Shown in pieces: positions 36,581-47,184 of a stretch of 64,000 nucleotides of DNA. The number at the start of each line of letters is the position of its first letter. Position 1 is the first letter of the stretch. This stretch comes from Octopus bimaculoides (lineage: Eukaryota): contig NC_068983.1 of the NCBI RefSeq assembly GCF_001194135.2, forward strand, positions 35,863,227 to 35,927,226. Reading direction: 5' to 3'. Below the pieces are notes generated by a model. It made no database searches and was not told the DNA's origin. It saw only the letters and a program-made list of their open reading frames with translations. A program made the position numbers and the translations under genes.

Positions 36581-37162
36581 TTCGAATAAATTTGAAAGTG
36601 TCTAATAAAAACTCATGTGAATTTTGACCATGCAACATCAAAACCACGTGAGGAAGGCACTTACGAAATTTATTGGCTAGTGAGTTCAAACTCTTCACTC
36701 CAAAGAATCTATTCTATGTGCGTCACAAATAGTCCCGTATAAAAAAGTCCCGTATGAAGGGTTACGGTTTAACCATCCAATTAGAGGCATCAATATAAAA
36801 TATACAGATATAGGGCAGGGAATCGTCAATTAGTAATAAAATTAATAATTAACAATTTTGCCAAGTAGTTTGCCAAGTATATTTTATATTGATGCCTCTA
36901 ATTGGATGGTTAAACAGTAACCCTTCATACGGGACTTTTTTATACGGGACTATTTGTGACGCACATAGAATAGATTCTTTGGAGTGAAAAGTTTGAACTC
37001 ACTAGCCGATAAATGTCGTAAGTGCCTTCCTCATGTGGTTTTGATGCCGCATGGTCAAAATTCACATGAGTTTTTATTAGACACCTTCAAATTTATTCGA
37101 ATATTGTGGCTGAAGATCGGAATAGAGTAACTTCATACTCTTAACCGTGAAATGTCGTACCC
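36520..37162. repeat. Long inverted repeat: 286-bp arms (36520-36805 and 36877-37162), 71-bp spacer
   Basis: The left arm GGGTACGACGTTTCACGG...CAATATAAAATATAC is the reverse complement of the right arm GTATATTTTATATTG...CCGTGAAATGTCGTACCC, with about 9 substitutions by manual count. The left arm is cut by the gap. Confidence 0.97.
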
Positions 37163-37343
37163 AATAAACTAAAGGCAGGTTTGTTTTTGCTTTTCTCTTG
37201 TTTTTTGTTCTGTGTGTGCCATAAATATCGCCATCCGTTAGAGAAAAAATTTGTAGTTTGGAATCAGTAGTTCTTTGACTGCTATTTCTAAATTCTCAGT
37301 ATGTTGGAGAAGCAACTCATGCTAATCCCTGTATATTTATGAG
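36877..37343 (+). mobile_element. Penelope-like (pLTR/retrozyme-like) non-autonomous element ending at (TA)n
   Basis: Contains a CTGAAGA...GAAA hammerhead motif directly followed by AATAAA (37163-37168), has an inverted partial copy upstream, and terminates in (TA)n 37344-37392. The classification is inferred from this architecture. Confidence 0.5.
37102..37166 (+). ncRNA. Type I hammerhead-like motif in the right arm
   Basis: Stem I TATTG(T)GG/CCCAATA; CTGAAGA at 37110-37116; stem II CGG/CCG extended by AGAGTA/TACTCT; GAAA at 37149-37152; short stem III; GTA at 37157-37159. The closing pair of stem II is a non-canonical U-U. Confidence 0.6.
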
Positions 37344-37349
37344 TATATA

Positions 37350-37399
<50 letters not shown>

Positions 37400-37931
37400 T
37401 TATAAAATCTGGTAATTAATCATATATTAATTAATATCGATTAATTATCAGGAGGCCAGCACATCTAAAGAATCAAAGAGATTTAGAAATAGTATCTGCA
37501 ATCTCAGGGGATTAAGGTACATTTAAAAAAAATAACGTTGACCACTAACGTGGACAATTAATGTGCTAGAAATAGATCACATCTTGTGTCTATTAAGACC
37601 TAAATTGTTCATATATATAGGCAAATTCAACAAAAATAAAAATAAAACAGAACACGATCTGAACACACACACACATACAATGTTAGATGTAAGCTTCAAT
37701 TTGAATTTGCATCATATTTTCTGATATCATTTATTAAAATTGTTCCAGTTAGTTGGTAGTGGAAAAGAAATTAGTAGAGACAAATAGGAAGTAGATTACT
37801 CTAATAATTGATCCATCTACAAAATGAACAATCATCCATGCTGAAGATATCTAGGGTGTGACAATCACAAAAACATGTTTGAAGAAACTAAATTAGTGTT
37901 ATCTAAATATAATTCTGAGTAATTATTTTAA

Positions 37932-37960
37932 ACTAGCAGAGATACCCGGCGTTGCCCGTG
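37932..37960 (-). mobile_element. Helitron-like 3' terminus
   Basis: Minus strand reads CGGGCAACGCCGGG-TATCTCTG-CTAG|T: a GC-rich imperfect palindrome 8 nt before CTAG, followed by target T. The 5' end was not located. Confidence 0.55.
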
Positions 37961-38261
37961 TTACATGCAATTGAAGAATTAGACCTTTCTGTTATATTTT
38001 CTCTAATGAACTGGAATACCTATGATTCAAATCATGTAATCATGACACATGTATCCCATACTACTGATCTTTATGCGCAGATTCCAAAATTCCAGTCTTA
38101 TGGAACCTGTTAAAAAGATTTTGCTCCTGTAAAATGGAGGTCATGGAGCTCTAAAAGTGGGAGTTAAGGTCCCTATTGAGGGTGGGTGTCTTAATGTCAA
38201 CCAGAGAAGTTGAATTGTTGAGAATCTTTTTAAGTTGGGTCTTATATGTATTTTTCGAATG

Positions 38262-38292
<31 letters not shown>

Positions 38293-38575
38293 NNNNNNNN
38301 NNNNNNNNNNNNNNNNNNNNNNNNNNNNNNNNNNNNNNNNNNNNNNNNNNNNNNNNNNNNNNNNNNNNNNNNNNNNNNNNNNNNNNNNNNNNNNNNNNNN
38401 NNNNNNNNNNNNNNNNNNNNNNNNNNNNNNNNNNNNNNNNNNNNNNNNNNNNNNNNNNNNNNNNNNNNNNNNNNNNNNNNNNNNNNNNNNNNNNNNNNNN
38501 NNNNNNNNNNNNNNNNNNNNNNNNNNNNNNNNNNNNNNNNNNNNNNNNNNNNNNNNNNNNNNNNNNNNNNNNNNN
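38293..38575. other. Assembly gap (N), preceded by (TG)n
   Basis: Run of N. Confidence 1.
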
Positions 38576-39200
38576 TGGGTGGGTCCTCCAGCACTACCGC
38601 ATATGTATATGTTTTTCGCAGTACACAAATGGCAGGTAGATACAGACTTCAAGTGAGATATATAGGTGACATTGATTTCAAAGTATGGCACATTCCAACC
38701 TCTTTTTTATTTGCTGTGGTGGTGGTTTTAAATCCTTTACAAAGAAACCATTTCCTCTGGGAAAGCTAATACATTACTTATATTCATTTGAGAATAGAAA
38801 TTATAAGTTCATAGTGTGAGAATATGGGACATGGGGACTAATTTCTTATTCATATATTTTTGCTTGCTATTCACAACCAGAACAAAGCAACCATAGTACA
38901 CAGGCAGATGTATATATATATGTGTGATATGTGCACGAGTGCTTGTATATGTGTGTATGTATATATATATATGATAGATAAATAGATAGAGAGAGAGAGA
39001 GAGACAGGCAGACAGGTAGATAAATAAATAGATAGATAGGTATGTATTTCTGTATACACACACTAGTTATTCAGGTAACTTTTTATTTCTTCTTTTTTTT
39101 TGTATTCTAGTGCATCAATTTAAAATACCTTGTTACTATGTAAAGGAATCTATTTTTGATCTCCATGTGATTATCCTCTATTGATCTGCAATTTATTTCA

Positions 39201-39494
39201 GGCCACCACCAGCACAACTACAAAAACACCAACAACAGCACGGAACACACACACAAAGACAAGAACAACAGCACTAATAGAAGTAACAACAGCAACAATA
39301 ACAACATGAATAAAATCAACCAGAACTATATCAACACTGCCAACAACAACAACAACAACAGCAGCAGCAGCAGCAGCAGCAGCATTTGGAGAAATAACAG
39401 CAACAACAAAGCCAACAACTTATCAATACTGCCACTAACCACAATACCTTGGCAGGAAGTAGTTAATTTCCTTTATCTGACCACCACCACCTAG
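39201..39494 (+). repeat. Cryptically simple (AAC)n(AGC)n low-complexity region
   Basis: CAA/CAG/AAC triplet mosaics, with a pure (AAC)n(AGC)n core at about 39340-39382. Confidence 0.85.
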
Positions 39495-39904
39495 CCCCTG
39501 CCTGTACCACCTCTTGGTATTAGGACAAGATTTTGGCAGAATGACACTGCAATAAATATCTAAACCCTGGTAGAGAAGTGAGAGGAAGAACCCTGAAGAG
39601 AAAGAGTAATTTCTATAATAAAACCTGATTGTACATCACCACTGGACAACAAACAATGGTGTGTGTGTGTGTATAACAAAGAGGTTTAGTACAACCACAT
39701 TATTCACAGCATGATTAAAGAGTAAGGACACGGTCACCAAGGACAGACAGACAGGCAAGGACTCTCTTTCAATGACAGAAAGTGGGCCAGACAAAATCCA
39801 ATACTGTATTTCGTTCTTCATTCTTGAGTCACAGTTCTAATTCAAATTTCTCCAAGCTTGTTTATACCTTTCATCTCTTGAGGTTGACAGACAAAATAAG
39901 TCTT

Positions 39905-40575
39905 TCAAATATTGGCACAAGGAAAAGCAATTTTGAGGGAGGAGGGTAGGGGTAGTCAATTACATCACCCTCAGTGCTAAACTGGTACTTATTTTAACAA
40001 CCTTGAAAGGATGAAAGGCAAAGTCAACCTCAGAGGGATTTGAACTCAGAGTGTAATAAGTTTGGAAGAAATACCACTAAGCATTTTGTCTGACACTAAC
40101 AATTCTGCCAGCTCACTGCTTTGTTGATAGACAAAGTGACTCTTTCTACTATAGACACAAAGCCTGAAATTTGGTGGAAGGAGGCCAGTCGATTTCATTA
40201 ACCTTAATATTTGATTGGTGCTTAATTTATTAACCCTGAAAGGACAAAAGGCAAAATTGACTTTAGTGAAATTTGAACTCAAAGCAGAGACAGAAGAATT
40301 TCTTATTTCTTTATTGCCCACAAGAGGCTAAACATAGAGGGGACAAACAAGGACAGACAAAGGGATTAAGTTGATTACATCGACCCCGAAAGGATGAAAG
40401 GCAAAGTCGATCTCGGCGGAATTTGAACTCAGAACGTAATGGCAGACGAAATACCGCTTAGCATTTCGCCTGGTGTGCTAATGTTTCTGCCAGCTTGCCA
40501 CCTTGAAATGAGACAGATGAATTTCTGCTAAGCATTTTGTCTGGGATATGAACAATTCTGCCAGCTCACCACTTT
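39905..40575 (-). mobile_element. Cluster of four same-strand SINE family B copies/fragments (about 39905-40121, 40141-40290, 40306-40503, 40515-40575)
   Basis: Repeated GAAAGG(A)TGAAAGGCAAAGTC...ATTTGAACTCA and CTGCCAGCT motifs. Confidence 0.85.
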
Positions 40576-40984
40576 GTTGTTAGACAAAATAATGCCAATA
40601 TAATAATATACTGGGTAATCAATTACACACATTTCTCTCCTGCAATAATCAATATTACTGTTGCTTGGTTGCCTGTTGTGTTTTCGATGATACCTAAGAA
40701 CTCTTCCAGTTACTTGTGTAGGCATATATAAAACACAACTGCAAGCAAATAACAATGACTAAAGACAAACTCAGAGTTTTCTCTATCCACTTCATCATAG
40801 AAGTTTATTTGCATTGACTTTTAACTTTCCCACCTTAAAACTATATCATCTTTCTTTCATTAAGACATGCAACGAAGGGAACAAACACTGGCTATGGTTG
40901 GTACTGGAAATTCCCAAAAGAGGGGAGTGAATGTTTTAACTTATAAATAATGGTTTATTCGAGAGTGAATGTTTAGCTTATGAA

Positions 40985-41190
40985 TGGTTTCAAATTTTGG
41001 CACAAGGCCAGCAATTCTGGGGAGGGGGTAAGGCGATAACATGTTCAACTGGTACTTATTTTATTGACCCTGAAAGGATGAAAGGCAAAGTCGACCCAGC
41101 AGCATTTTTGAACTCAGAATGTGAAGTCGGAAGAAATGTCACTAACCGTTTTTCCTGATATGGTAATGCCTCTGCCAGCTCACCGCCTTA
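40985..41190 (-). mobile_element. SINE family B, full length
   Basis: Homologous to 6906-7122. Confidence 0.85.
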
Positions 41191-41214
41191 TTTAGCTTAT
41201 AAATAATAATGACA

Positions 41215-41590
41215 TATCTTTTACTTCTTTCAGTCACTGGACAGCAGCCATGTAGGGACACTATCTTGACAAGCTTAGTCAAACAAATCAACTCCAGTAC
41301 TTTTTAAGTTTGGAACTTACCCTAGTTTCTTCTGTCAAAACTGCTAAGTTATAAGAATGTAAACAAACCAACACCAGCTGTCAAGCAGTGGGAGAAAAGG
41401 ACAATCACAAACATACAGATACATATATGTGATGCGCTCCCACACAGTTTCCATCTACCAAATTCACCCATGCGGTACTTGTCAGCCTAAGGCTGCAGTA
41501 AAAGACCCCCACCTAAGGAATCACATAGTGGGACTGAACCCAAATTCACATGGTTGCAAAACAAACTCCTTAACCACAGACATGCTGACA
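41215..41590 (-). mobile_element. SINE family A, old copy
   Basis: Degenerate homology to family A across tail, body and head. Confidence 0.75.
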
Positions 41591-41600
41591 CTTATAGCCA

Positions 41601-41985
41601 AGATGTGGCTGTGTGATAAGTATCTTGCTTACCAACCACATGGTTTCAGGTTCAGTCCCACTGTGTTGCACCTTGGGCAAGTGTCTTCTACTATAGCCTC
41701 AGGGTGACCAAAGCCTTGTGAGTGAATTTGGTAGACGGAAACTGAAAGAAGCCCACTGTATACATATGTGTGTATGTGTGTGTTTGTGTGTGTGTTTGTC
41801 CTCCCACCATTGCTTGACAACCGATACTGGTGTGTTTACATCCCTGTAGCTTAGCGGTTCAACAAAAGAGACCAATAGAGTAAGTACTAGACTTACAAAG
41901 AATAAGTCCTTGGGTCGATTTGTTCGACTAAAGGCAGTGCTCCAGCATGGCCGTAGTCAAATGACTGAAACAAATAAAAGAAAGT
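41601..41985 (+). mobile_element. SINE family A, full length
   Basis: TGGCTGTGTGATAAG head through GACTGAAACAAATAAAAG end. Confidence 0.92.
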
Positions 41986-42176
41986 AGGAACTGTTAGAAA
42001 TAGATAATTGCAATGAGGTGCCTAAATGGCCTCACGGGGAGAGTTGAGAAATTGGTTTGCAAGATTGTATGGAAAAGAGAATGAGGGATGAGATAGGGAA
42101 GCAGACTGCCAGAAGGGGAAGGATTGATCGGTGGATGAGTGTGTGTGTGTGGGGAGGGGGGGGAGGTTATAGAGTT

Positions 42177-42580
42177 GTCCTCACCCAAATGAATCACATG
42201 TCCATACCAACACAGTCTTCTTTCTTGTACATCACAACCAATTCCTCTAATGCCCAGTTTTTCACTCAGCAACTTTGTAGTAATTCTTTCATGTACATTC
42301 ACATTGTACATCCAAACAAAGAATGCTTGCTTCATTTCTCAGGTCCTCCACATTCAAGGCCCATGTCTCACTACTGTACAGCATTGCTGTTTTAACACAA
42401 GCATCATAGTCTGCCCTTCGTGCTTAGAGAAAAAGACCTAACACCAGTTAGCAGTGGTAGTAGTTCACTGAACTTTCTCCATCCCATTCTCACATCCAGT
42501 GGCTGTAATCCTTTCAGAGCAACTACTTCACTTGATAATTATATCTCCTAGGTAACAAAAGCTATCAACTACTTCTCCAA
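42177..42580 (-). mobile_element. Degenerate RTE LINE (lineage 1-like) ORF fragment
   Basis: Across frameshifts the minus strand gives VDSFCYLGD...MGWRKFSELLPLLT...DACVKTAMLYSSETWA...QERRLCWYGHVIHL. Confidence 0.85.
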
Positions 42581-42754
42581 GCACTGGTGTTGATGTAATC
42601 AACCAATCCTTCCTCCTCTCAAAACTCGAAAGGATGACAGGCCAAGTTGACCTAAGTGGGACGTGAGCTCAGAATATAAAGAATCAAAACAAATACTACA
42701 AGGCATTTTTACAGACATTCTAGCTATGCTGCCAATCCATGATACTTCAAATAG

Positions 42755-42970
42755 TGATTTCACATTTTGGCAATTTTTGAAATTTTTAGGGGTGGGGTGC
42801 AAATTGATTACATCAACCCCAGTACTTGACTGGTACTCTATTTTATTGGTCCCACCAAAAGGATGAAAGGTGAAGTCAACCATGGTGGCATTTGAACACA
42901 GAATGTAAAGCTGAAAGAAATGTCACTAAGTATTTTGTCTGGCACAGTAACAATTCTGCCAGTTCACTGC
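42755..42970 (-). mobile_element. SINE family B, diverged (a second fragment lies at about 42590-42735)
   Basis: GATTACATCAACCCCAGTACTTGACTGGTAC...AAAGGATGAAAGG...ATTTGAACACAG...CTGCCAG. Confidence 0.8.
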
Positions 42971-43234
42971 AATGATAAGCAGAACTTTGAATTTACTTCT
43001 TACCAAATACAACAAACTATATAAATAAGATTGAAGACTTTAAATATTTTTATTCAACATTTCTTTATCAATGTTTACATCAATATAACAGGTTTGTCTT
43101 TCCACAGCAGTTACCATGGGAACTACAGAAGTGAATCGAAGCATATGTAACTAAAGGTGAAGTTCTGTATTAGAGTGTTTTCGTTTTTACCAACAACGAG
43201 AGAGAGAGAGAGAGAGGGGGGAAGAGAGAGAGAG

Positions 43235-43283
43235 NNNNNNNNNNNNNNNNNNNNNNNNNNNNNNNNNNNNNNNNNNNNNNNNN
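43235..43283. other. Assembly gap (N) within (GA)n
   Basis: Run of N. Confidence 1.
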
Positions 43284-43321
<38 letters not shown>

Positions 43322-45185
43322 AATGTGTTCAATATTAAGTGTAACAAAGCATCTATAAATTGACTGGAGGTATTTCAGTTGGGTGTCCTTCATAACACCA
43401 GCATTTGGGTAACACAGTACACATATTCTAATCAATAAATGCTTGAACTTGATACATGAGAGGAGTGAATGTGTTATTTCAGTCAGGAAATACTTATACA
43501 GCTGTGATTTAAAAAATTTTTTTATCTATTTATTTATTCATTTACAGTGAAAACTTTAGTATACTTTTCCAGCATGATTAAACACCAAATTCTCAAAGAT
43601 AGCATGTAATTCACCAGAATGTACCCAAGAGCTTTTTTTGTTTGTTTTTTAACTCATATTTTTAATTGAGCTTGCTCTAAGAATCAGTACATTTCTAGTA
43701 CTCACTCACATGCACTATTCCAGAATGATTAACATTTTCTTAATTTCCTGCATCAACTTGTCCCAAATCAAAATAAGAATAAAATCAATTTTTTTTAAAT
43801 TTCTATTTTGATAAAGAGAAAGAAAAACTTTGCTTTCTTTGATGTTTACAAAAATCTACAGAATATTAAATACCACTATAAAGACTGTAGTTATATTCAG
43901 AACATTTTTTTAAAAATCATTTTAAATAAACAAACACCAAGTAATAATTCTTATGCTTATTGTTTGCTTTCAATCAGAATTTATCACACTAATAAATTCA
44001 CAAAAAAATTTTATGAGTTTATTATCACACAAATAAATTTAGCAGAAAATTGATTCTTTTCATTGAAACTAAACTATTTTTTCTACCATATTTCTGCAGA
44101 AACTTCAATAAATAGAAAAACTCATTTAAAGAAAGATGTCTAGGATTTTTTCTTTTCTTTTTCTTTTCTTTTCATAATGCACAATAACCAGTGGGTATTA
44201 ACATTTTTTACAAGTGATTTTTAAAAGAAATTTTTCTTAAAATGACATCATGTGTTAACTTGGTATATCTATCTAATGTTGGAACAGATACATTTACCTC
44301 CTAACACAAAGATCTTGAGTTCAAATCTGTTGCAGGCACTTCAATCATTATAGTGCATTTAATTTTACATACCTCAGGTAAACTATTAGAGATACAAAAC
44401 TTGGGTAAAATTTTTATCTGCCAAAGACAGGTATTCTAAAATATAGTATATTTAACTCTCGCCTGCTCAACACATAAAACCTTACAAGATCTTTAGAGCA
44501 TAGATATTTTCTCTTTCTTTCCCTCTCTTCTCTCTGCCATTAAATCATGTTCTGGAGAATGTAACTTAATGATAAACAGCATCTTAACATGCTAAAGACA
44601 GCAACGAAATCTTTCTCAAAGAGAGAGAGATTTGGCTGCTACCTTTAGCAGGATGAGTGACCCATTATTTCTTGAGACGGAAAAGAAGGAAGGACACATT
44701 AGTTAATGTAGTTTTTAAAAGAATATACTGTTTGGAAATTAAAAATATGGAATGGTCATAACTGAAACATTTTTTATCATAGGGCTACTGGATCAATGCT
44801 AACCTGGGGTTAAGCAACAATAAAACAAGTAAAACAAAAATTGAGAGTCTCTACTGTTGTGTTAATATGACTGGCATGAAGAATTTTGACAGTAATGGCC
44901 ATATTCCAAGAAAGGTTATAGCAGCAAATACAGTCGCAGTCTAAGTCATATATATATATCTCTAATAATCTGCAATAAATCATACATGAAAGTAGTAAAA
45001 CAGCGAAGTCATTAAGGTATTGGAAAACCAAGTCTTATATCTAAATCCATTGTAGATATATTTAGTTATGCATTTGGTAAATGCTGTTAATTCAAAGTAT
45101 TAAAGTTCATTTAGCTGTTAAGAATAAGTTCCAAGCCTTCTGAAATATTAGCTGTAATAAAGGCTGATGTCCTGATTATCCATTG

Positions 45186-45336
45186 AGGATGGCGTTAGGA
45201 AAGGCATCCAGCTGTAGAAACTCTGCCAAATCAGATTGGAGCCTGGTGTAGCCATCTGGTTCACCAGTCCTCCGTCAAATCGTCCAACCCATGCTAGCAT
45301 GGAAAGCGGACGTTAAACGATGATGATGATGATGAT
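45186..45336 (+). mobile_element. Young RTE LINE 3' tail
   Basis: TGGCGTTAGGAAAGGCATCCAGCTG...GCATGGAAAGCGGACGTTAAACGATGATGATG with CpGs intact. Confidence 0.95.
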
Positions 45337-45340
45337 ATCA

Positions 45341-45766
45341 AGCATAGCTCTGTGGTTAAGAAGGTTGCTTCCCAACCACATAGTTTTGGGTTCAGTCCCA
45401 CTGTTTGGTACCTCGGGCTAGTGTCTTCTACTAAAGCCATAGGTCAACTGAAGTTTTGTCAGTGGATTTTGTAAGTAAAACCTGGAAAAGCCTGTCATGT
45501 GCCTGTGTGTATTTGTGCCTCCTTGTCTTGACCTCATGTGGTAGCTGTAAACGAATGTAACAAATGTAATTGACATACTGTCATACAAGCAGGGAGTCAT
45601 TCCAAATTTCCCATGGAAAACATGTCTGGTCATAGAGAAATAGTATCTTGCTTTGAGACAAGTGAAGGTTGGTAACAGCCATAGAAAATCTGCCACAATA
45701 AATTCCATCCGACCCATGCAAGCATGGAAAAGTGGCTGTAAAAACAATGATGGTGATAACGATGAC
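45341..45766 (+). mobile_element. SINE with family-A tRNA head and RTE-derived tail
   Basis: Head as family A, a different body (CATGGAAAACATGTCTGG...), and end CCGACCCATGCAAGCATGGAAAAGTGG...TGATGGTGAT homologous to the RTE tail. Confidence 0.8.
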
Positions 45767-46099
45767 ATTTATCAGTTAATCATTTAATGTCAGGAAGTAA
45801 AAAGCATGGGTCCTTAAAAAAATTATCTAGGTCTGCAAAGATCATTTACACTGCTGCTCTTCTGACTAATTCACTAAATAGAACAGGCCAATATCTTATC
45901 CATCTACTTCACTCTGCTTTTATAGCAGGATATTAGATAAGACTGAAACTGAGATAATTTGAATTGCTTTATTAATCTGAACCCAATTAGATTAATTGAG
46001 AGTTGATGAATAAAAAGATACCAACATACCAATAAAAAAGTATTGGTGTGTTGGTATCAGAATATTCTGAGCATACAACTTAAATGTTCTAAAATGTTT

Positions 46100-46287
46100 A
46101 AATGCTAAACTCGGCCCAAACATTCTACTTGTCTTATATTCAAACTGGCCAGATCCAGCCTCTCACACTTACCCTACAATATCATTCTAGAAATATACAA
46201 TGTCATCATCAAAATCTCAAAGCTGAGATAATACATAATTAATTCAAAGCAATGTGAATAAATAAGCTTTACATTTTCAGAGTAATT
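46100..46287. mobile_element. Probable MITE body cut by an RTE insertion
   Basis: Its right end matches 30955-30985, which continues to GGG-TTAA. Confidence 0.5.
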
Positions 46288-46620
46288 ATCGTTTAATGTC
46301 CGCTTTCCATGCTAGCAAGGGTTGGACGATTTGACTGAGGACTGGTGAGCCAGATGGCTGAACCAGGTTCCAATCTGATTTGGCAAAGTTTCTACAGCTG
46401 AATGCCCTTCCTAATGCCAACCACTCCGAGAGTGTAGTGGGTGCTTTTACGTGCCACCGGCACGAGGGCCAGTCACACGATACTGGCAACAGCCACGCTC
46501 AAAATGGTGTTTTTTGTGCCACTTGCACAGGGGCCAGTCCAGCGGCACCGGCAACGACCTCACTTGAATGATTTCCTAACATGCCACTGGCACAAGTGCC
46601 AGTAAGGCGATGCTGGTTAC
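46288..46620 (-). mobile_element. RTE LINE 3' UTR fragment
   Basis: ATCGTTTAATGTCCGCTTTCCATGCTAGC start; homologous to 61547-61897. Confidence 0.92.
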
Positions 46621-47184
46621 TGTAAATTCTATGGTCTAGATCCAACAGCAAAATAGGACAAAAAAAGATTAGGGACTCAGGTCTGAGAATAACATTTTTT
46701 TCTATCTTCTAACTCAAACACAAACCTTTTGTTACTTATACAGTGTTCATTCTCTTTACAGCACTAATCCACAACTAAACATTGTGCTCATTTACTACTA
46801 CAAATACATGAGCTGAGCCTAGCAGGTATTTCGCATGTTGACCACAGACTCAGTGTTCCTCGGTATTATGGATGGTGCTGCAACATTGTCGGCTCAGTTA
46901 GCTGTAATTCCTTACATGTCTTGTAATTGTACATTAGAATGGAAACATGAACTGGTCTCTTCTATTTCAAATTACTCCATTGATTCAACTGTATATGACC
47001 AGAAAAAGTAATAAGGAATTTAAGACTGCTTCCCACCGCCAGTGTGTGATCTATTACTATGAGCTGGCATGAAAAATCTTGTGTAAAATTAGTAGAACAT
47101 GACCCTAAAATCTATAAATCCTGATAGTAGTGAGTTAAAAAGACGTTGGGCAACATGAAATGTACAAGTAGACCTAAAAACACA

